A stretch of 64,000 bases of DNA from Hyalangium minutum. GTDB taxonomy: Bacteria > Myxococcota > Myxococcia > Myxococcales > Myxococcaceae. The DNA lies in NCBI RefSeq assembly GCF_000737315.1, contig NZ_JMCB01000010.1:186001-250000 (forward strand), in the 5' to 3' direction. Below, one piece after another: positions 8,971 to 18,492 of this stretch. Made by a program: the position numbers and the translations under genes. A model generated the notes under the pieces. It ran no database searches. It saw nothing but the letters and a program-made list of their open reading frames with translations, and was not told where the DNA came from. Position 1 is the first letter of the stretch; the number at the start of each line of letters is the position of its first letter.

Positions 8971-9447
8971 ATGCACGCCACCACCCCTGAAGTGTCGAGC
9001 ACCGCCGATCGCGAGATCATCATCACGCGCGTCTTCAACGCGCCGCGAGAGCGGGTGTTCAAGGCCTGGACGGATCCGAAGCACGTGGATCGCTGGTGGG
9101 GCCCGCGAGGCTTCACGAACCAGACGTTCGAGATGGACGTGCGGCCAGGCGGTGTGTGGCGCTACATGATGCACTCCGCCGAGCACGGCAACTACCCGAA
9201 CAGGATCGTCTACCTGGAGGTCGTGAAGCCCGAGCGGCTCGTCTACGACCACGACGCCGATGACGGGAACCCTCCCCACTTCCGGGTGACGGTGACCTTC
9301 GCCGACAAGGGCCAGAAGACGGAGCTGACCATGCGCTCGGTCTTCCCGACAGCTGCGGCGCGCGACAAGGTCATCAGGGAGCACGGCGCCATCGAGGGCG
9401 GAAACCAGACGCTGGATCGGCTCGGAGAGTGGCTGGAGACGGCGTAA
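8971..9447 (+). CDS. SRPBCC/AHSA1 (START-like) domain protein
   Basis: REIIITRVFNAPRERVFKAWTDP, WWGPRGF, DVRPGGVWRY. Start is 8971 (GAGGGAG RBS) or 8929. Typical partner of this ArsR type. Confidence 0.93.
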   Translation: MHATTPEVSSTADREIIITRVFNAPRERVFKAWTDPKHVDRWWGPRGFTNQTFEMDVRPGGVWRYMMHSAEHGNYPNRIVYLEVVKPERLVYDHDADDGNPPHFRVTVTFADKGQKTELTMRSVFPTAAARDKVIREHGAIEGGNQTLDRLGEWLETA

Positions 9448-10108
9448 GCGCGTCCGTCGCGTGCAGGAACAGGCGCAGCAGGCCCGCGACATGGCTGGCC
9501 GCCATGGGGATGATCCGCTCGGCCTGCTCCGCCAGCTCGTGGCGAGGCACCGGCTTCCGGAGTCCCCGCTTCATCAACCAGCGTCCGAGCAGGTTGTGAG
9601 TGCGATCCGGAGTGAACTGCTGCGTGAAGCGGGCCAGCCCCTCGACCAGCTCCGAAGGGCGCTGCGCCTGAGGGGCGCTCGGAACACGCAGCGTGGCCAG
9701 CTGCTCCATGTGCGCGTCGACGTACCACTCATAGGGATCGCTCTCGTGGGCGACCCGGTGCACGTGGACGGGACAGGCCATGTCCGTCAGCACATGGCAG
9801 GCGCGGCCCAGCTCGAGGAACGCCGCAGGCACCCGGCCCTGACGATAGAGAGCGACGGCTCTGGAGAAGAACCGCTCGGTCTTCCAACGAGCGCCCGGCC
9901 ACAGGAAGGGCAGGAACCCTCCCGGCAGGCCCGGGCCGTAGAAGTGGCTCAGCGAGAGGTGCTCGAAGACGACGCGCACCCCCGGGACAAAGAAGACATC
10001 CTCCCGCAGGGCACCGAGGATGAGCGCCTTGCGGTAGCGGCGAACCCGCGGAGCATCGAGCTCACGCACGGCCATCTCCAGGACGAGGAGCTGCCCGTTC
10101 AGTCGCAT
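9374..10108 (-). CDS. Zn-dependent phospholipase C / P1 nuclease-like fold protein
   Basis: SHFYGP, ELGRACHVLTDMACPVH and HESDPYEW resemble zinc-ligand motifs. Start MRLNG at 10108 overlaps the upstream small ORF. Confidence 0.6.
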   Translation of the reverse strand: MRLNGQLLVLEMAVRELDAPRVRRYRKALILGALREDVFFVPGVRVVFEHLSLSHFYGPGLPGGFLPFLWPGARWKTERFFSRAVALYRQGRVPAAFLELGRACHVLTDMACPVHVHRVAHESDPYEWYVDAHMEQLATLRVPSAPQAQRPSELVEGLARFTQQFTPDRTHNLLGRWLMKRGLRKPVPRHELAEQAERIIPMAASHVAGLLRLFLHATDALTPSPATLRADPASGFRPRWRRAP

Positions 10109-10290
10109 GGGAGCTGCTCCAGGCACTCCTCCATCAGCTCCAGAAGTTGGGCGTAGCGAGGGCGGCCGCCGTGCTGGTGGCAAAAGCCTTTCACGTCCTC
10201 GAACCACGAGCGCAGGCTCTCAGGGGGCAGTTCCAGCGCCTCGAGGGTCTCGCGCAGATCGGACTCCGAAGCAGGCTCAGGCTGGGACAT
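10099..10290 (-). CDS. Small hypothetical protein (63 aa)
   Basis: MSQPEPASESDLRETLEALEL...; coding-like codon usage; overlaps the start of the PLC-like gene. Confidence 0.55.
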   Translation of the reverse strand: MSQPEPASESDLRETLEALELPPESLRSWFEDVKGFCHQHGGRPRYAQLLELMEECLEQLPCD

Positions 10291-10329
10291 GCCCCAGGAT
10301 CCTAATGAGGAGTCCACGAGAGCAGGGGC

Positions 10330-10370
10330 AAAAACGAAGACGCCCGGGGGCCATGAGGCTCCCGGGCATC
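10330..10370 (-). terminator. Rho-independent terminator downstream of aminopeptidase gene
   Basis: Minus strand GATGCCCGGG...CCCGGGCGTC stem followed by TTCGTTTTT. Confidence 0.7.
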
Positions 10371-10392
10371 CGGACTTCAGAGACGCTTCAGA

Positions 10393-12342
10393 TCAAGGCG
10401 AGTACGTGCCCTTCATCGTCACGTTGGTGTAGGTGCTGTAGCCGCGCGAGCAGGCGTACCAGGTGCCCGCCGCCGGGCTGCTGATGGTGCACGTCTCCGT
10501 GCTGCCGCTCAGGTACGGACGGCAGGTGTAGCTGCTGGTCGTCGGAGCCGAGCCCTGCTTCACGAACAGGTCCGCGTCGCCCGTGGTGCCCGTCTTGCCC
10601 ACCTGGTTGAAGACCAGCGAGGTCTTCCCGCTCGGCACGCTCAGCGTGTAGCAGGTCATCGCGCCCGTGGCGCCCCCGTAAGGAGCCGTCTCCACGCCGT
10701 TGGCCAGCACGTTGCCACTGCTGCCCGTGGTGTACGAACCCTTCAGGCTCACGCCCGAGGCGGCCGAGTAGCCGAGGAGCTTCACGTAATAGGTGCCGGC
10801 GGTCGGGGTGGCGATGGTGCAGGTCTCCGTGTTGCCGTTCACTTCCGAGCGACAGTCGTACACGGTGCTGGTCGGCTCGGCGCCGGCCTTCACGTACAGG
10901 TCCGCGTCACCCGTGCCGCCGCTCAGGTTGAACGTCAGGTTGCTGGCGCCCGTCGGCACCGCCAGGGTGTACGCGCACGTCCAGGCGTTCGCGGCCACGG
11001 AGATACCCGACACCGTCACGCCGTTGGAGAGCGTCACCGGCGTGCACGTCGTGGGAGGAGTCCCGTCATCCGTCGGCGGCGGGGTGTTGCCCGTCGTCGC
11101 GCCCTTGGCCAGCTCGCCCAGGAAGGACACCGCCAACTTGGCGAACTTCACCGAGTTGTTCGCGGTGCCGCCCATGAAGGTCAGGGTGTCGCCCGTGGTG
11201 TGGATCTGCGGGTTGTCCGTGGTCATCGTTGCCTCGAAGGGCATCGTGGACGGGTAGCCCGCGCTGGTCCAAGAGGCGTGATCCGAGCAGCCGTAGCCGC
11301 AGGTGATGTTGGTGATCTTGGTGCCGCCCAAATCCGGCTGGTAGGTGTTGATGAGGCTGACGGTGAAGTTGTTCAGCGTGGCGTTGGTGTTGTCCGTCAC
11401 CATGGCGAACTCGTATTGGGAGCCCTTGTAGTTGGTCATGTCCAGCTGCAACACGCCCACCACGTTCGTCCCGGCGCTCTTGAACGAGTTGGCGATGGCG
11501 GCCGAGCCGTTCAGGCCCACCTCCTCGGCGGCATAGGCCATGAACTTCACCGTGCGCGCCGGCTTGTAGCCGTTGGCCACGGCCACGCGGAAAGCCTCGG
11601 TGAGCGAGGCCACGCCCGAGGCGTCGTCATCCGCGCCCGGAGCGGCGCCCGTGCTGCTGCTCTGGTTGATGGAGTCCAGGTGGCCGCCGATCACCACCAC
11701 CTCGTTGGGCAGCGTGGTTCCGGTGATGGTGGCAATCACGGACGGCTGCGTCCACGTATGCGTGAAGAGCGCCACGGAGATGTCCGAACGCCCGTTGGCG
11801 ATCGTCGTCCACTGGCTCTTCAGCCAGTTGGCCGCGTCCGCGCCCGCCTGCACGTTGTAGCGGCGCGTGGTGAAGTTGGTGGACAGCGAGTTGATGGTGT
11901 TGCGGATGTTGAGCTCCTGCACTCCGCTCAGCATCGCGTTCACCGACGGGCCGTTGTTGATGAAGTAGGAGGTGGCCAGCAGCGACGGCGGCGGCGGGCT
12001 GTTGGCGATGTCCACCTCCTTCAGGGCCTCGGCCTCGGAGTCAAAGGTCTTGAAGCCCGCGCAGCGGTTGAGCTTCGAGTGCATCACCCCGGCGATCTGG
12101 TCGATCTGCGACTCGGGAATGTTCAGCGCCGACACACCCCCCTTCTCCTTGAGCGGGGTGGCCAGCGCCAGGCCCTGGCCCGTGAAGGCCTCGCGCACCG
12201 TGGGCAGCGCGTCCGAGCCGATGGTGATCCACACCCTCTTCTCTTGCACCTTGTCCAACTTGCCTTGCTGCGGAGCCTGGGCGAACGCGGGAGCGGCACA
12301 GGCGAGACAAGCGATGATCGGAACGGATTTCCTCAGGGTCAT
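10393..12342 (-). CDS. Secreted M28 family leucyl aminopeptidase with two C-terminal PPC domains
   Basis: Signal peptide MTLRKSVPIIACLACAAPAFA; GGHLDS, GADDDASG, AAEEVGL, QLDMT, SDHASW, IHTTGD; two PPC repeats (GGTGDADLYVK, TGDADLFVK). Confidence 0.95.
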   Translation of the reverse strand: MTLRKSVPIIACLACAAPAFAQAPQQGKLDKVQEKRVWITIGSDALPTVREAFTGQGLALATPLKEKGGVSALNIPESQIDQIAGVMHSKLNRCAGFKTFDSEAEALKEVDIANSPPPPSLLATSYFINNGPSVNAMLSGVQELNIRNTINSLSTNFTTRRYNVQAGADAANWLKSQWTTIANGRSDISVALFTHTWTQPSVIATITGTTLPNEVVVIGGHLDSINQSSSTGAAPGADDDASGVASLTEAFRVAVANGYKPARTVKFMAYAAEEVGLNGSAAIANSFKSAGTNVVGVLQLDMTNYKGSQYEFAMVTDNTNATLNNFTVSLINTYQPDLGGTKITNITCGYGCSDHASWTSAGYPSTMPFEATMTTDNPQIHTTGDTLTFMGGTANNSVKFAKLAVSFLGELAKGATTGNTPPPTDDGTPPTTCTPVTLSNGVTVSGISVAANAWTCAYTLAVPTGASNLTFNLSGGTGDADLYVKAGAEPTSTVYDCRSEVNGNTETCTIATPTAGTYYVKLLGYSAASGVSLKGSYTTGSSGNVLANGVETAPYGGATGAMTCYTLSVPSGKTSLVFNQVGKTGTTGDADLFVKQGSAPTTSSYTCRPYLSGSTETCTISSPAAGTWYACSRGYSTYTNVTMKGTYSP

Positions 12343-12598
12343 ACGCGGCTTCTCCTCGGCGCTGGGACTGCTTCGTGGGGGATTCCTCGAACCTGCTTTC
12401 CGTGAATGGCGGGAAGGCAGGGTGATTGCGCCAATTCTGGACCTTAATGAAAGTCCCGTATGGAGCACCAGAAACCACATGGATTTGTTTTCACGCCTGG
12501 GTAGCGCGTTTCATACCCCTGCCTCGTTTTGCTGGTGTAGCAACGAACTTCGAGGCCACGTGCGCTCGGACAATCCCTGAAGAGAACGGGCATGACAC

Positions 12599-13243
12599 TT
12601 GCTCCCAGCCATCCCCCACGGAGGCTTCTTCATGGTGAATTGTCTACAGTCCCCGCGTCCGTTCGAGCTGCCTTGGCGTCCGCTCAGTGTGTCCGTTCCG
12701 CGCCAGCAGCGGCGCCCTCCCCTCTGGCTGCTGGGGCTCTTGTGCCTCTCCTGCTCGTGCTTGGGCTACGGGAAAACCCAAGTCCCGGAGTGCAAGAGGA
12801 ACCTCAAGGCCATCTTCACGGCCTTCATGGTCACCCAGAACAGCCCTCGCGGCAGCGAGCCCCCGCTGGGCGAGCAGCTCGGCCCCCTCGTGGAGCGCGG
12901 CAACCGCTACGCCTACTTCGTGGGCGAGGGCCCGCTGGAGCAGCGCAGCGGCAAGGACGCCCAGCGCGTGGCCGGGGCGATGGGTGTCGGCGTGGACCTG
13001 TTCAAGTTCCAGAACGCACGCCCGCTCACGCTCAGGGATGTTCCCTCGGCCGTGGCCGCCGAGGTGGGGCTCCACGGAACGTGTCCAGACTGCCGGCTCG
13101 TCGCGGCCTGCGCGGGAGACACCGACAACAAGCCCCTGGATGCCCCCGACGTGTGGAGCATCTCGAGCGAGGATCGCGTGATCGACGGAGAGACCATCCC
13201 TGCGGGCCAGCCCTACCACCACCTCTGGGACACGGACGACTGA
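12599..13243 (+). CDS. Type IV pilin-like globular domain protein without a class III signal peptide
   Basis: ECKRNLKAIFTA, VERGNRYAYF, CPDC..AACAGDTDN, DVWSI resemble the myxobacterial PilA body. No G|FTLIE motif. Start uncertain. Confidence 0.6.
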   Translation: MLPAIPHGGFFMVNCLQSPRPFELPWRPLSVSVPRQQRRPPLWLLGLLCLSCSCLGYGKTQVPECKRNLKAIFTAFMVTQNSPRGSEPPLGEQLGPLVERGNRYAYFVGEGPLEQRSGKDAQRVAGAMGVGVDLFKFQNARPLTLRDVPSAVAAEVGLHGTCPDCRLVAACAGDTDNKPLDAPDVWSISSEDRVIDGETIPAGQPYHHLWDTDD

Positions 13244-13474
13244 GCCCTGGCGTGGAGAGCGTGCCTCCAGTCCTCATCCTCTGGGGCAGCTCATTGTCTC
13301 CCACTGAACCCGCGTGAGACAGCGAGGGCCGGGCAAGCCGCGCTCCATTACCATTTGAGCCCCCGGCGGTGGGGGGCGCCTCCTGGGAGCAGCACCTCGG
13401 GCGGAGTGTCTACCCACCGTGTCGGACTGGCCCTGGTCTCCGGGCCATGCCCTCTCTGGTTCTGGAGCACATCC

Positions 13475-14794
13475 ATGAGCGCGTCCCCGGCGAAGACTCC
13501 CCAGGTGCTGGATCCCGAGCAGGTCGTCCGAGGGCTGCATCCCCTGATGATGAAGGGGAGCCTCACGCTCTCCGTCGCGATCACCCTTCAGTTCGTGGGC
13601 GAGTGGCGGACGATGGCCTGGGTCTTCACGCTGAACTCCGTGCGCATCCTCGCCAACATCCTGCTGTCGCGTTTCATCCGCCTCCGGCTCTCGCAGGCCT
13701 CGACAGAGTGGATCCGGATGTTCATCAACGTGTCGAGCCTGTCGGCGACAGGGGTCGTCACGGGGTGGAGCCTGTTGCTGTGGATCTACGTTCCCTTCGC
13801 CATGCTGTGGATCTACGGGATGGAGAAAGGGAGCCGCATCCGGGCCGCCGTCTATCTGGCGATCATGGACACGGTGGCGCTGCTGACGGGCTGTGAGCCG
13901 CACCAGCCCGTGGCCTTCACGCTCATCGCGGTGCTGGTCTTCCTGTTGACGGAGAAGCGGGCGGAGCTGCTGCAACAGTCGCTGGAGCACATCATCCAGC
14001 AGCGCGAGCAGCTAACCCAGGCGCAGGGGCGGCTGCGGCTGCTGCACGAGCGGGCCTTCGAGCAGGAGAAGCTCTCCAGCCTGGGCATGATGGCCGCGGG
14101 CGTGGCGCACGAGATCAACAACCCGATGGCGTTCGTCACCAGCAACATCCACGCGCTGGCGAAGGATCTCCAGCAGCAGCACCCGCTCCCGCCCGATCTG
14201 CTGAAGGAGTACCAGGAGGAGGTGCTGCCAGCGACGATGGAGGGCATCCGGCGGGTGAACGCGATCGTGTCGGACCTGAGGCACTTCGCGCGGGGCGATG
14301 CGGAGGTGCCTTCCGAGTACGACCTGAACGCGGAGGCCAAGGCGGCGCTGCGCATCGCCCAGAACCAGCTCAACCACTGCGAGGTGCAGGTGCAGCTGGG
14401 CGAGGTGGGCACGGTGGTGGGCCGGTCGCGGCAGATCGTCCAGGTGATGGTGAACCTGCTGATCAATGCCGGGCAGGCGACGGGCTCGGTGGGCACGGTG
14501 CGGCTGTCCACGCGCCGGGTGGGCGACGAGGTGCGGGTGGAGATCCGCGACACGGGGACGGGAATGACGCCGGACACGCTGCGCAACCTGTTTCAGCCGT
14601 TCTTCACCACCAAGCCGCCGGGCATGGGGCTGGGGCTGGGGCTGGCGGTGGCCCATGGCATCGTCACCGGCCAGGGCGGCCGCATCGAGGTGGAGAGCGA
14701 GCCCGGCCGAGGCTCGTGCTTCACCCTCCACCTGCCGCGCGTGGCCCGCGGCACTCCGGGACATGCCAGCCCGCTGCGGGCCGTGGCCGCGTAG
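13475..14794 (+). CDS. Membrane-bound sensor histidine kinase
   Basis: Several N-terminal TM segments; H-box AAGVAHEINNP; N-box NLLINA; DTGTG and GLGLGL G-boxes. Confidence 0.95.
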   Translation: MSASPAKTPQVLDPEQVVRGLHPLMMKGSLTLSVAITLQFVGEWRTMAWVFTLNSVRILANILLSRFIRLRLSQASTEWIRMFINVSSLSATGVVTGWSLLLWIYVPFAMLWIYGMEKGSRIRAAVYLAIMDTVALLTGCEPHQPVAFTLIAVLVFLLTEKRAELLQQSLEHIIQQREQLTQAQGRLRLLHERAFEQEKLSSLGMMAAGVAHEINNPMAFVTSNIHALAKDLQQQHPLPPDLLKEYQEEVLPATMEGIRRVNAIVSDLRHFARGDAEVPSEYDLNAEAKAALRIAQNQLNHCEVQVQLGEVGTVVGRSRQIVQVMVNLLINAGQATGSVGTVRLSTRRVGDEVRVEIRDTGTGMTPDTLRNLFQPFFTTKPPGMGLGLGLAVAHGIVTGQGGRIEVESEPGRGSCFTLHLPRVARGTPGHASPLRAVAA

Positions 14795-14803
14795 CCCGGT
14801 GGC

Positions 14804-15163
14804 TCAGAGCTCGACGATCGACTTGAAGCCGCCGTAGATCATCCGCTTGCTATCGAAGGGGGTTTTCTTGGGGTCCATCATCGCGGACAGGCGCGGGTCC
14901 TTCATGACCTGCTTGTTGATGCGGTCCCGCTGCGCGCGCGACTTGTAGACGATCCACGAGAACACGACGACTTCGTCCGCCTTGAGCTTGACGCTCTGCG
15001 GGAACGACGTGCGCTTGCCCGGCTTCACGTCGTCGGCGACACACTCGATGTACTCGAGCGCACCGTACTCCTTCCAGATCTTCCCCGCCTTCTGGGCCAG
15101 GCGGCGATAGGCCTGCACGTTCTTCTTGGGCACAGGCACGACGAAGCCATCGACGTATCTCAT
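14804..15163 (-). CDS. DUF1428 family protein
   Basis: MRYVDGFVVPVP, EYGALEYIEC, VVFSWI, PFDSKRMIYGGF. Confidence 0.92.
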   Translation of the reverse strand: MRYVDGFVVPVPKKNVQAYRRLAQKAGKIWKEYGALEYIECVADDVKPGKRTSFPQSVKLKADEVVVFSWIVYKSRAQRDRINKQVMKDPRLSAMMDPKKTPFDSKRMIYGGFKSIVEL

Positions 15164-15443
15164 GAATCCTCCCCTGTCAGTGGAGAGGCGACCCTGTCCC
15201 AGAGCGGGCAGGCGCTCAAGTCTTTGTGCTGGCGAGTGAACAGCCCCGAACGCTCACTGCGGCGCTGCCTCTTCTGGGCGAGCCTGAGCTAGGATCTCCC
15301 CCACCTCGCCGAGCCTCGAGCCCGCGCTGGGTGACAGACCATGACGTGGGGGGACTACCGATGCTCGAAGCCGAATACCGTGTCACAGTCCTCACGGCGT
15401 CTCTCGCGCCCTACCCGCTCTGTTCCATGACCTGAGCTTTCCG

Positions 15444-15668
15444 ATGACCAACCGGATCTGCTTGATCACGCGCTTCATCGAGCGGAGGAAGACCGGCTTC
15501 GGCGTTGCCCGCCTCATGATGATGAGCGGCGTGAACGTCCGCGCCTTCCGTCCCGAGGATCCGGAGACGCCGGGGACTCTGGATCGGGTCCAACAAGCAC
15601 TTCCCGAGCTCCTCTCCTCCCAGGAGATTCAGGAGCTCGAACGCTTTCTCGCGGAGGAGAGGACATGA
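15444..15668 (+). CDS. Small hypothetical protein (74 aa)
   Basis: Coding-like ORF whose stop overlaps the FIST start (ATGA). Confidence 0.6.
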   Translation: MTNRICLITRFIERRKTGFGVARLMMMSGVNVRAFRPEDPETPGTLDRVQQALPELLSSQEIQELERFLAEERT

Positions 15669-16852
15669 CGCTCTCGATCGGAGTCGGAGTCGGAGATCAC
15701 CCGGATATCCGGCCAGCGGTTCAGTCGGCGGTCCTGCAGGCGCGGGCCCAACTGGGCAGGGTGCTCCCGCAGGCGGCCTACATCACCTGCACGGTGGATC
15801 ACGATGCCGCACAGGTGCATGCCGCCTTCCAAGAAGTCCTCGAGGGCGTGGCCCTGCACGGCGTCACCACCTCCCTGGGCATCCTCACACCGGATGGCGT
15901 GCGCAACCCGGGCAGCGGCGCGGTCGCGGTCATGCTCCTGGGCGGCGAACCGGGAACCGCCTTCACCTCCTCTTCTCAGGAGGCCGATGGGCGCAAGGCA
16001 GGAGAGGCCGCAGCCCGGGAACTGGTGCAGCAGGCCGGCGGCAGGCAACCGAAGATGATCCTGTTCAACGCCTCACCGGGCCTGGAAGAGGACATGCTCC
16101 AGGGCATCGCGAACATCTGCCCAGGCGTGCCCTGCCAGGGAGGGAGCGCCGCGGATCATACGATCTCTGGGCAGTGGAGCGTCTTCACACAGCAGGGCCC
16201 CGTCACCTCGGGTCTGTCGCTCCTGGGCATCTTTGGAGAGGTGCGGCTCGGCACCTCGCTGTCGACGCCCTACGCCGCCACGGGCACGCGGGCCCGAGCC
16301 ACGGGGACGCAGGGGCGCACGTTGAAGACGCTCGACGGCCAGCCGGCCTCGCAAGTGTTGGGGCAGTGGCTCGACGGGGCCATCGATCGTCAGGTCCGCT
16401 CGGGAGGCAACATCCTGGCTCAGACGGCGCTGCGTCCCATCGCGGTGCGGAGGACCGCGGGTTCTCGGGAGCACTACGTGACGGTCCATCCGGCCCAGAT
16501 TCACGCGGCCGAGGGAACCGTGGAGGTCTTCGCACGAATCGATCCGGGCGACGAGGTCTGCCTGATGAGCGGCAGCCCCGAGGCCCTCGTGGGCGATGTG
16601 GCGCACCTGATCGACTCGGCCCTGGCGCAGGGCGGGATGACCGTGCGAGAGGTCAAGGGCGCGGCGCTCATCTTCTGCGCGGGGTGTGCGGGCGCGCTGG
16701 GGGCACGCATTGATGAAGGGCTCCGCTCGTTCCAGCGCCTGCTGCCCGGAGTCCCCATGCTGGGGCTGTGTACCTTCGGCGAGCAGGGACACATCCCGGG
16801 GCTTGGGAACGTGCACCAAGACCTGTCGCTCAGCCTGACCCTGTTTGCCTGA
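15665..16852 (+). CDS. FIST N/C domain signal-transduction protein (NosP-like)
   Basis: LHGVTTS, CQGGSAAD, VHPAQI, IFCAGC, GLCTFGEQG motifs. Confidence 0.9.
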   Translation: MTLSIGVGVGDHPDIRPAVQSAVLQARAQLGRVLPQAAYITCTVDHDAAQVHAAFQEVLEGVALHGVTTSLGILTPDGVRNPGSGAVAVMLLGGEPGTAFTSSSQEADGRKAGEAAARELVQQAGGRQPKMILFNASPGLEEDMLQGIANICPGVPCQGGSAADHTISGQWSVFTQQGPVTSGLSLLGIFGEVRLGTSLSTPYAATGTRARATGTQGRTLKTLDGQPASQVLGQWLDGAIDRQVRSGGNILAQTALRPIAVRRTAGSREHYVTVHPAQIHAAEGTVEVFARIDPGDEVCLMSGSPEALVGDVAHLIDSALAQGGMTVREVKGAALIFCAGCAGALGARIDEGLRSFQRLLPGVPMLGLCTFGEQGHIPGLGNVHQDLSLSLTLFA

Positions 16853-16915
16853 GGCCAACGCTATGTGCGGCCTCGGGCCCGCGCGTTCAAGGACCCTTTT
16901 GCTCCGGATGCTCCC

Positions 16916-18424
16916 ATGAGCCGTCCTCGTCCCAGCGTGGGCTGGCTCAGGAGGGTTCCCATCCCCCTGCTGCTCCTGACGCTCTGGGCTGTGGGCATCG
17001 GGCTCTTCTCGCTGAAGCAGGAGACGGAGCTCGCGGCCCACCGCGCCGAGGAGGAGGCCGTCCGGCTCCAGTACGACGTGGCGGAGCATGTGCGCACCAG
17101 CGTCCACGAGGCCCGCGAGCGGGTGCTGCGCACCACCGGGATGATGCTGGTGCTCGCGGGAGGGATGGGGCTCATCCTCCAGTTCTTCCTGGGGCGGCGC
17201 ATCCGGCATCTGGCGGCGGAGATCCAGGAGTTGGTGGATCAAATCCCCGGCGCCCAGCGGGCCGAGCCGCGTGAGGGAGACGCGCTGGTCAAGCTGGACG
17301 ACGCCTTCCGCCACATCGCGGAGCAGCTCGGCCGCAGCCGGGCGCGGCTCGAGGAGAACGAGGAGCGCTTCCAAACGATCATCGAGCGCTCACCGGACGC
17401 CACATTCATCCATTGGGAGGGGAACGTCGTCTTCAACAACCCGGCGGCGGCCACGCTGCTCGGCTATGAGCAGGCGGTGGAGCTTCAGGGCCGGAAGATC
17501 GAGGAGCTGATCGTCCCGGAGGACGCGCCCGTGCTGACGGATCCCTCGGCGGAGGGGACGCCCCGGGAGGTCCACTGGCTGCACCGCTCGGGGCGGAAGG
17601 TGCTGGGCGAGGTGGTGACGTTCCCCATGCTCTTCGAGCGGCAGCGGGTCCGGGTGTCAATCGTGCGGGACATCACCGAACGCAAGCAGCTGGAGCAGAA
17701 GCTGCGCACCGCCGACCGCATGGCCTCGCTGGGGACGCTGGCGGCGGGCGTGGCGCACGAGATCAACAATCCCCTCGCCTTCATGCAGAGCAACGTGCGC
17801 TTCGTCCTGGAGGAGCTGCGCTCGGTCGCCATGGACTCGGACCCGGCCAGCCGGAAGCGGCTGCTGGAGCTGGAAGAGGCGCTCCTGGAGACGCTGTCCG
17901 GTGGCGACCGGGTGAGCGACATCGTGCGGGATCTCAAGACGTTCTCGCGAGGGGACGACGGGGGCCACGGGCAGGTGAACATCCACAGAGTGCTGGACCT
18001 GTGTGCGAGCATCGCCCGGAACCAGCTCCGCCACCGCGCGAAGCTGGTGAAGAACTACGGTGAGGTTCCCCTCCTCCAGGCCAACGAGTCCCGGCTGGCG
18101 CAGCTCTTCCTGAACCTCATCATCAACGCCGCGCAAGCCATCCCCGAGGGCCGTGACGTGAACGCCAACGAGGTGCGCCTCACCACGCGGCAGGAGGGCT
18201 CCTGGGCGGTGGTGGAGGTCAAGGACACGGGGGTGGGCATCCCCCCGGAGAACCTGCACCGGCTGTTCGACCCGTTCTTCACTACCAAGCCTGTGGGAGT
18301 AGGGACAGGACTGGGCCTGTCCATCTGCCACGGCATCGTCACGGCCCTGGGAGGGCGCATCACCGTGGAGAGCGAGCCGGGCCAGGGGACCACCTTCCGC
18401 GTCTTCCTGCCTCTGAGCAGATGA
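16916..18424 (+). CDS. PAS-domain sensor histidine kinase
   Basis: Two TM segments, HAMP-like linker, PAS (ERSPD...VFNNPAA...RDITERK), H-box AGVAHEINNP, GLGLS G-box. Confidence 0.94.
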   Translation: MSRPRPSVGWLRRVPIPLLLLTLWAVGIGLFSLKQETELAAHRAEEEAVRLQYDVAEHVRTSVHEARERVLRTTGMMLVLAGGMGLILQFFLGRRIRHLAAEIQELVDQIPGAQRAEPREGDALVKLDDAFRHIAEQLGRSRARLEENEERFQTIIERSPDATFIHWEGNVVFNNPAAATLLGYEQAVELQGRKIEELIVPEDAPVLTDPSAEGTPREVHWLHRSGRKVLGEVVTFPMLFERQRVRVSIVRDITERKQLEQKLRTADRMASLGTLAAGVAHEINNPLAFMQSNVRFVLEELRSVAMDSDPASRKRLLELEEALLETLSGGDRVSDIVRDLKTFSRGDDGGHGQVNIHRVLDLCASIARNQLRHRAKLVKNYGEVPLLQANESRLAQLFLNLIINAAQAIPEGRDVNANEVRLTTRQEGSWAVVEVKDTGVGIPPENLHRLFDPFFTTKPVGVGTGLGLSICHGIVTALGGRITVESEPGQGTTFRVFLPLSR

Positions 18425-18492
18425 GCAAATGCATCTCTAAGCGAGGTCTGCGTGACTTCTCTTATGCTGGCACCCATGAATGGGCTCCGTGC

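Noticed and set aside
12360-12600. Sigma54 promoter upstream of the aminopeptidase
   Set aside because: The TGGCGC...CTGC candidate has 12 rather than 10 nt between GG and GC.
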